Shown one piece after another: positions 32,843 to 38,255 of a stretch of 38,255 bases of DNA (positions are counted from its first letter, which is position 1; the number at the start of each line of letters is the position of its first letter). The position numbers were made by a program, and so were the translations under genes. Source of the DNA: Candidatus Aminicenantes bacterium (GTDB lineage: Bacteria; Acidobacteriota; Aminicenantia; Aminicenantales; Saccharicenantaceae); contig JAWOHF010000310.1 of NCBI GenBank assembly GCA_046496285.1, positions 1 to 38,255 on the forward strand. The letters run 5' to 3'. The notes under the pieces are model-generated. The model worked only from the letters and a program-made list of their open reading frames with translations. It ran no database searches and was not told where the DNA came from.

Positions 32843-33771
32843 GTCCTCACCTCGGTCGTCGGAACTTCCTCGAACAGGCTGTCGGCGGGAACGGCGTGCT
32901 CCCCGAGGCCCAGGACCTCACGGTCGACCCCCAGGGCCCAGGCCAGGATCTGGGTGAAGTACAGGACGGGGAGCCCCGAGAAGTCCAGGAACTTCTCTTT
33001 GATGACCGCCTGGCGGCTGTCCATGTTGTAGAAGCACAGGGGGCAGGTCACGGTGACCGCCCGGGCGCCCTCCATCTGGGCCGCCCGCAGGACGCGGTAG
33101 GAGGCCTCGGTGGCCGCGTCGGGGAGGGAGACGGAGAGATAGGAGCCGCAGCATTCCTGCTTGAATGGATAGTCGACGGCCGAGCAACCGACGGCTTCCA
33201 GGAAATCCTCGAAGATGCGCGGCGAATCCGGCTCGTCGAAAGCCATCTCCTCCTGCGGGCGCAGGAGGCGGCAGCCGTAATAGGGGGCGACCGCCAGGCC
33301 CTTGAAATCGCGCTTAAGGCGGGACTTGATCTTGGGCGTGCCGACCCGGTCTCGCAAGTACTCCAGGAGATGGAGGACCTGGACCTCGCCGTTATAATCC
33401 TCGAAATCCGTCGTCCTGTCCTTGGTCAGCGGATCGATCTGGATGTCGTCCCGCAGGAACGCGTTGATGCGCTTGCGCTTGAGCGGGTCGTCCTGGAGGG
33501 CCTTGTTGGCCCGTTTCAGGACGGCGAAGCAGAACGAGCAGGTCGTCACGAGGACGTCCCCGCCCTCGTCGCGGACCTGGCGCAGGACCCTGATCGGGGC
33601 GGCCAGCCCGACGATCTTCTCCTCGGTCAGGGGGTATTCGGCGCCGCAGCAGGTCCAGCCCTCGGGTTCGACGAGCTCGACGTCCAGGCGCTTCATGGCC
33701 TCCCGAGTGGAGATGTCCAAGGCCACCGCCTTCTCCTTGAGCGTGCATCCCGGATAGTAATGGAGTTTCAT
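32839..33771 (-). CDS. hdrB: Heterodisulfide reductase subunit B-like protein (two CCG domains)
   Basis: 310 aa. MKLHYYPGCTL, two CCG motifs (GWTCCGAEY and QECCGSYL), and C-x..-C partners (TCSFCF, TCPLCF). The stop overlaps the hdrA start (ATGA). Confidence 0.88.
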   Translation of the reverse strand: MKLHYYPGCTLKEKAVALDISTREAMKRLDVELVEPEGWTCCGAEYPLTEEKIVGLAAPIRVLRQVRDEGGDVLVTTCSFCFAVLKRANKALQDDPLKRKRINAFLRDDIQIDPLTKDRTTDFEDYNGEVQVLHLLEYLRDRVGTPKIKSRLKRDFKGLAVAPYYGCRLLRPQEEMAFDEPDSPRIFEDFLEAVGCSAVDYPFKQECCGSYLSVSLPDAATEASYRVLRAAQMEGARAVTVTCPLCFYNMDSRQAVIKEKFLDFSGLPVLYFTQILAWALGVDREVLGLGEHAVPADSLFEEVPTTEVRT

Positions 33772-33780
33772 GGGCTTCCC

Positions 33781-34188
33781 TTATTTGGCGAATTTCCGGC
33801 AGAGGGCGACCATGACCTGCTGGGGCAGTTCCTTGGCCAGCTCCGGAGAGATCTCCCCCGGGCCGAAGGCGTCCTTGCCCTTGGGGTCCAGGATGTGGCG
33901 GACGGCCTCCATGACCCGGGCCATGTCGATGCCCTTGGGACACCGGGATTCGCACGTGAAGCAGGAGGCGCACAGGAAAAGGGTCTTGGAGCGGAGGACG
34001 TCCTCCAGGAGACCCATCTGGACCAGACGGATGATCTGGTTGGGCAGCAGGTCCATCTCCGAGGCCATGGGGCAGCCGGCGGAGCACCGCCCGCACTGAT
34101 AGCAGGCGAAGACGTTCTCGCCGGACAGCTCCTCGATCCTGTCGATGAACGTCCGCTGTTCGGGACCGGCCTTGAGCTTGACTCTCAT
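33781..34188 (-). CDS. hdrC: Heterodisulfide reductase subunit C-like protein (2x[4Fe-4S])
   Basis: 135 aa. CYQCGRCSAGCP and CASCFTCESRCP with the intervening helical region typical of HdrC. GAGGAGAGAG SD. Confidence 0.85.
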   Translation of the reverse strand: MRVKLKAGPEQRTFIDRIEELSGENVFACYQCGRCSAGCPMASEMDLLPNQIIRLVQMGLLEDVLRSKTLFLCASCFTCESRCPKGIDMARVMEAVRHILDPKGKDAFGPGEISPELAKELPQQVMVALCRKFAK

Positions 34189-34220
34189 GCTCTCTCCTCA
34201 AAGCGAGTTGGAAGGATGAA

Positions 34221-34249
34221 GATATATAAAAATGGCATTATGACGTCAA
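34221..34249 (-). promoter_or_regulatory. Putative internal promoter ahead of hdrC (TTGACG-17 nt-TATATC) overlapping palindrome TGACGTCA
   Basis: On the minus strand, -35 TTGACG is at 34249..34244 (inside the last codons of the HEAT gene) and -10 TATATC at 34226..34221. It lies in the only sizeable AT-rich gap (49 nt) of the long minus-strand array. The perfect 8-bp palindrome TGACGTCA at 34241..34248 overlaps the -35. Sequence match only. Confidence 0.35.
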
Positions 34250-36073
34250 CGGCTTTTCTAACTTCTTGAGGGCGGTCTCGATGACGTCCCGGACCTGCTT
34301 CCTTTCACGTTTCCGCGCCAGGGCGCTCTTCAAACAGCCGACGGCCCTCTTGTCGCCGATCTCTCCCAGGAGCCGAGCGGCCCGGAAACGCGTCGTCCAC
34401 AAAGGGCTTTTCAAGGCCTCCGTGAGCGGGTCCACGGCGTCCCGTCCGAAGTTGAGGAGGGCCATCTCGGCGCTCTCCCGGACGCTCCAGTGGGCGTCGG
34501 CCATGGCCCTGAGCAGGGGCAAGATGGACCTCCGGTCCTGAAAGTTCCCCAGGAGCCGGGCCGATTGGACCCGGACCTCCCTCGAGGCGTCCTTGAGCCC
34601 GCGAAGGCCCGTCTCGAGAACGGACGGGTCGCCCAAGCCGACCGTTCTCAGGCGCCGGAGGGCTTCCCGGCGGATGAACGCGGCGCAGTCCTTGCGGGCG
34701 ATCCGGACGAGGTGCCGCACGGCGGCCGGGCCGCCCAACTTGCCCAAGGCGCGGACGGCCTCGAAGCGGACGTTCTCCGAGTTGTCCTTTAAGGAGGGCA
34801 GGATCTTGGGGGCGAAAGAGGGGTCGGCGATCTCGCCCAGGACCTGGAGAGCGCAACAGCGGCCCCAGGCCGCGCATCCGATCTGGAACAAGGCCGCCGA
34901 GGCCGCTTCCTGGACATCGGGCAGGCCTTGATCGACGATGTCCTTGAGCAGGGGCACGGCCCGGTGGTCCTCCAGCCCGCCGAGGGCCTTGATGGCCCTC
35001 ATCTGGAGCTCGGGGTGTTCCTTGTCGCAAACATCCCTCTTCAGCTTCTCGATGTCGGAGGTATTGAACGATAGAGTGGCCAGAAGGTGGCGGATGGCCA
35101 GGGGCCCGAGGCGGACGAGGGCGGACACGGCCGACTGCCGGACGATGAAGTAGCTGCTCCGGAGGTAGCTGATCAGGGCCGGCACGGACTTCGGGTCCCC
35201 GATCTGACCAAGACACCGGAGGAAAGCCCGCTGGGCGAACTTGTCCCTTTCCCGGGACAGGGCGTTGAGCAGCGGCACGACGGCCTGCTTGCCGAAAAGG
35301 ACGATGGCCTCGGCCGCCGACTCCTGGACCTTTTCCACGTTGTCCTGGATCATCAGGACCAGGGGCTCGATGCTGACCTTGTCCCCGATCTGGCCCAGGG
35401 CCTGACAGGCGCTGGCCCGGACCGCGGCGTTCTCGTCTTGGAGCAGTTCCAGAGCGTAGGGCGTCGAGGCATGGGACCTCATCTTGCCCAAGGCCCGGGC
35501 GGCGTTGGACCGGATGGTGTCCGAGGAGATCTCCAGGGCGTCGTGGAGCCAATGGAGGCTCTCCGGCCCGATCTCCTGGAAACCTTCCATGGCCAGCTCG
35601 ACGATCTCCTCGTTGTCCAGGGAGAACATGAAGACCAGGATCCGGGCCAGCCGGACGTCCTTCCGGGCGACGATGTCCTTGACCTTGGCCATCAGCCCGG
35701 TGACAGCCTCCGTGCGGACGATCCACTCCGGGTCCTCGGCGGCCTTGAGGAGGTGGTCGATGACCCGGTAGTCGCCCAGGCGGGCGACAGCGGCCACGGC
35801 CGCCCATCGGATCTGGTGGTGAGGGGACCGGAAGATCTTCGGCTTGATGAGCTCTTCGATGCCATCCGCCCGGCCGTGCCGCCCCAGGGCGACGACGGCC
35901 GCGTGCTGGACGCTGGGGTTCGGGTCGTTGAGCTTCTCGACGAGGAGGCGATAGACGTCGTCCCCCTTCTTGTACCCGAGCTCCATGATCGCGGCCCGGA
36001 CGGCGGACGCATCCTCAGCGTTCCGCGCGACACGGAACAGGCCGTCCAGCGAAGAGATAGCCGCTTTTTGCAC
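34238..36073 (-). CDS. HEAT-repeat (PBS-lyase-type) protein
   Basis: 611 aa made of about 15 reiterations of the pattern D....VR..A..ALG.[IL]GD..A...L...L (for example NPSVQHAAVVALGRHGRADGIEELI, SENVRFEAVRALGKLGGPAAVRHLV). GTG start one nt after the upstream stop. No catalytic motif recognised. Confidence 0.85.
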   Translation of the reverse strand: MQKAAISSLDGLFRVARNAEDASAVRAAIMELGYKKGDDVYRLLVEKLNDPNPSVQHAAVVALGRHGRADGIEELIKPKIFRSPHHQIRWAAVAAVARLGDYRVIDHLLKAAEDPEWIVRTEAVTGLMAKVKDIVARKDVRLARILVFMFSLDNEEIVELAMEGFQEIGPESLHWLHDALEISSDTIRSNAARALGKMRSHASTPYALELLQDENAAVRASACQALGQIGDKVSIEPLVLMIQDNVEKVQESAAEAIVLFGKQAVVPLLNALSRERDKFAQRAFLRCLGQIGDPKSVPALISYLRSSYFIVRQSAVSALVRLGPLAIRHLLATLSFNTSDIEKLKRDVCDKEHPELQMRAIKALGGLEDHRAVPLLKDIVDQGLPDVQEAASAALFQIGCAAWGRCCALQVLGEIADPSFAPKILPSLKDNSENVRFEAVRALGKLGGPAAVRHLVRIARKDCAAFIRREALRRLRTVGLGDPSVLETGLRGLKDASREVRVQSARLLGNFQDRRSILPLLRAMADAHWSVRESAEMALLNFGRDAVDPLTEALKSPLWTTRFRAARLLGEIGDKRAVGCLKSALARKRERKQVRDVIETALKKLEKPLTS

Positions 36074-36074
36074 C

Positions 36075-36572
36075 TCAGGTCCTTTCGATGTAGCCCTTGC
36101 AGTCTCCTTCGATGTTGAACGAGGTCACCTGGTACTCGCAGTCGATGTTGGCCAGGGCCTTGACGGCCGCCCGGAAACATCCGATCCGGGCGCAGGTCAG
36201 GTCGCGGACCGAGAAACCCTCGTCGATCAGGGCCTGACAGCTCTTCAAGTAGACGCAGTCGTGGACCGTGATCTCCAGATGGAAGGGATTGACATCGACC
36301 AGCTCGAAGGCGTTGGCGTCCCGGAACAGACCCCCGGCGATGCCGATCTCGATGTAGTTCTCGACGGCCGCCCGGATGGAGGCGGACTTCTTGATCTGCA
36401 TCCCGTATTCGTCGCCCAGGAGATGCAGGTAATACTGGACGGAGTGCTCGTAGGCCCTGGCGCTGAAGACCCACGGCCGGGTGCCGTGGAAATCGCGGGC
36501 CGTCTCCTCCAGGGCGCTCAGCCAGGACAGGGCGACCAGCCAGCCTGCTTCTTCCCTATCGATCTTGTCCAT
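36075..36572 (-). CDS. Cys-rich small protein of unknown function (possibly V4R / ATC-hydrolase-like ligand-binding fold)
   Basis: ORF 36075..36701 trimmed to ATG 36572, 165 aa; the longer version overlaps the ackA tail with low-complexity sequence. The C-terminal half has 6 Cys (DCVYLKSC, LTCARIGC, DCEYQ, EGDCKGYIE). The ending G-D-C-x-G-Y-I resembles the G..xC.F.I end of V4R-type domains. Weak assignment, by eye only. Confidence 0.55.
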   Translation of the reverse strand: MDKIDREEAGWLVALSWLSALEETARDFHGTRPWVFSARAYEHSVQYYLHLLGDEYGMQIKKSASIRAAVENYIEIGIAGGLFRDANAFELVDVNPFHLEITVHDCVYLKSCQALIDEGFSVRDLTCARIGCFRAAVKALANIDCEYQVTSFNIEGDCKGYIERT

Positions 36573-36583
36573 GATCCGATCCT

Positions 36584-37969
36584 TTATCTCTTCTTCTTCT
36601 TCGTTATTTTCAGGGACCCGGCGACCGTCGCCAGGTTGAGCCGCGAAAGCTCCTGGGTCACAGCCTCGGCTCCGACCGGCCGGCCGATGGCCCGACACCA
36701 CTTCCTGGCCAGGGATTCGGCGCTCGCTTCAGGGTCCCGGGCCCAGAGGAGGACGAGCCGGGCCACGTCGGCCGGGAGCAGGGTCGTCGGCCGCTCAGGC
36801 ACGGCCGCGGGAGCGGCGACGGTTGGCTGGGGCTTTCGGGTCTCGAGGATGTGCCGGGTGTCCCGGGCGATGGCCAGCTCCTCGTTGGTCGGGACGACCA
36901 GGAGCTTGACCCGTCCGGAAGAGACGACGGTCTCGTTGGCCTCGTTCTTGGCGGCATCCAGGCGGATACCGAACTCCTCGAGTCCCTCGGTAGCCAGGCG
37001 CCGGACGAGCCGGGAGTTCTCGCCGATGCCGCCGGTGAAGACGACGGCGTCCACGCCGCCCATCTCGGCCATGTAGGCTCCGATGTGCTTTTTGACGTGA
37101 TGGCAGTAGATCTCGAGGGCCAGCTGATGGCGCTCGCTGCCGTGGGCCGCTTCCTGCTCGATCTCGCGCATGTCGTTGGAGGTCTCGGTCAGCCCCAGCA
37201 TGCCGCTGTTCTTGTTCATGATGGAGTCGATCTCTTTGGTCCCCAGCTTTTCGCGGTCCATGATGTAGGGGACGAGGGCCGGATCGATGCTCCCGCAGCG
37301 GGTGCCCATGACCAGGCCTTCGAGGGGCGTGAAGCCCATCGAGGTGTCGACCGACCGGCCGCCGGCGACGGCGGTGATGCTGGCCCCGTTGCCCAGGTGG
37401 CAGGTGATGAGCTTGAGCTTCTCGATCGGCCGGCCCAGGGTCTCGGCGGCCCGATGGGCGACATAGCTGTGGGACGTGCCGTGGAAGCCGTACCGGCGGA
37501 CGCCCAGCTTCCTGTAGAGGGTGTAGGGCAGCCCGTAGATGAAGGCCCGCGGAGGGATGGTCTGATGGAAGGCCGTGTCGAAGACCGCGACCTGCGGGGC
37601 CCCCGGCAGGAGCGTCTCGCAGGCGTCGATGCCCTTGAGGTTGTGGGGGTTGTGCAGCGGCGCGAACTGAATGCATTTGCGGATGGTCGCCTTGACCTTT
37701 TCCGTGATCATCACGGATTCGGAGAAATCCTCGCCGCCGTGGACGACGCGGTGCCCGAGGCCATCGATCTCGCCCTTGTCGCGGATGACGCCGTGCTGGG
37801 GATGGAGGAGCAGGGCCAGGACCATCTCGATGGCCACGCCGTGGTTGAGGACCTCGCGGATCTCACGGATCCTGTTCCGACCGGCCGGCTGGTAGGTGAC
37901 GATGGCGTCGCTCGAGCCGATCTTCTCGACGATGCCCTTGGCCAGGAGGCCTTCGTCGTCCATGCGGAT
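36584..37969 (-). CDS. ackA: Acetate kinase, 5'-truncated at a sequence breakpoint and carrying an ~85-aa C-terminal extension
   Basis: GHRVVHGG, APLHNPHN, AVFDTAFHQT, RRYGFHGTSH, CHLGNGAS, TPLEGLVMGTRCGSIDP, FTGGIGEN, and VPTNEELAIARDT are colinear with AckA. Homology starts at ...IRMDDEGLLAKGIVEKIG, about residue 18-20 of normal AckA. The N-terminal phosphate-1 motif (LN.GSSS.K) is absent in all three frames upstream. Track ORF 36584..38044 gains a fortuitous N-terminus by reading antisense through the Tex fragment. Confidence 0.85.
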   Translation of the reverse strand: MRMDDEGLLAKGIVEKIGSSDAIVTYQPAGRNRIREIREVLNHGVAIEMVLALLLHPQHGVIRDKGEIDGLGHRVVHGGEDFSESVMITEKVKATIRKCIQFAPLHNPHNLKGIDACETLLPGAPQVAVFDTAFHQTIPPRAFIYGLPYTLYRKLGVRRYGFHGTSHSYVAHRAAETLGRPIEKLKLITCHLGNGASITAVAGGRSVDTSMGFTPLEGLVMGTRCGSIDPALVPYIMDREKLGTKEIDSIMNKNSGMLGLTETSNDMREIEQEAAHGSERHQLALEIYCHHVKKHIGAYMAEMGGVDAVVFTGGIGENSRLVRRLATEGLEEFGIRLDAAKNEANETVVSSGRVKLLVVPTNEELAIARDTRHILETRKPQPTVAAPAAVPERPTTLLPADVARLVLLWARDPEASAESLARKWCRAIGRPVGAEAVTQELSRLNLATVAGSLKITKKKKR

Positions 37970-37971
37970 AG

Positions 37972-38255
37972 GCGGCGCTCGCGAGGGAGCGGGGGCTCGA
38001 GCCGCTCGCGGCCTACCTCCGCGCCCAGGAGGACACCGCGCCATCGCGGGAGGCGCTCATCGCCCCGTTCGTCGATCCGGCCGGGGAGGTACCGACCGAG
38101 GAGGCCGCGCTCCGGGGAGCCTGCGACATCCTCGCCGAGGAGTGGGCCGAGGACCCGGCGATCCGCTCCTGGCTCCGTCCCCTCGCCGCCGCCGGGAGCG
38201 TCGTCGCGAAGGTCCGGAAGGGCTGGAAGGGAAAGCCGAGCAAGTTCGAGACGTA
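37972..38255 (+). CDS. tex: Tex-like transcription accessory protein, internal fragment (5' ~110 codons missing, 3' end off window)
   Basis: The + frame from 37972 reads AALARERGLEPLAAYLRAQEDTAPSREALIAPFVDPAGEVPTEEAALRGACDILAEEWAEDPAIRSWLRPLAAAGSVVAKVRKGWKGKPSKFETY. It is colinear with E. coli Tex/YhgF residues ~115-210 (...IAIEAGLEPLADLL...[27 protein letters not shown]...VVSGKEEEGAKFRDYF). An in-frame TAG at 37969..37971 directly precedes it. There is no start codon or N-terminal Tex region. Confidence 0.8.

Noticed and set aside
37970-38044. Apparent N-terminus (MARCPPGRGGRPRAARAPAPSRAPP) of the 486-aa acetate kinase ORF
   Set aside because: This stretch is the antisense reading of the Tex fragment. 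It bears no resemblance to the conserved AckA N-terminus, so it is not a genuine part of the enzyme (see the breakpoint finding).

Overview
GC-rich bacterial chromosomal DNA with strong GC3 codon bias. It comes from a diderm organism (BamA, TamB) with an anaerobe-style, ferredoxin-based metabolism. I cannot assign a taxon from the sequence alone. I support about 33 protein genes, almost all tightly packed or overlapping. I found no rRNA, tRNA, CRISPR array, transposase, integrase or obvious mobile element.

Layout:
- (a) 1-1585: mutS (partial) and pgsA, divergent from back-to-back sigma70-like promoters.
- (b) 1571-13249, minus strand: a nine-gene array, hslV-hslU-lipoprotein-FAH hydrolase-transaldolase-tamB-bamA-SurA_N-like chaperone-fabD.
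- (c) 13412-20019, plus strand: sugar nucleotidyltransferase, secreted GH2 beta-galactosidase, then a zinc-ribbon Ser/Thr kinase whose stop overlaps the start of an LMW protein-tyrosine phosphatase.
- (d) 20032-21658: AI-2E transporter and a stand-alone cNMP-binding-domain protein.
- (e) 21671-37969, minus strand: a 15-gene, about 16-kb array, ackA-Cys-rich small protein-HEAT-repeat protein-hdrC-hdrB-hdrA-mvhD-FrdB-like-FrdA-like-korD-korA-korB-korC-class I fumarase-aldehyde:ferredoxin oxidoreductase.

The most interesting element is HdrCBA/MvhD translationally coupled to an anchor-less, soluble-type fumarate-reductase-like flavoprotein/FeS pair. It sits next to KOR and fumarase and is a candidate electron-bifurcating fumarate (enoate) reductase system.

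Second is a sharp breakpoint at about 37970. There a 5'-truncated ackA abuts a 5'-truncated Tex gene on the opposite strand, which indicates either a deletion or an assembly chimera.

All family calls rest on motif recognition by eye. No database search or numerical computation was possible. The many long R/G/P/D-rich ORFs antisense to these genes are treated as high-GC shadow ORFs.
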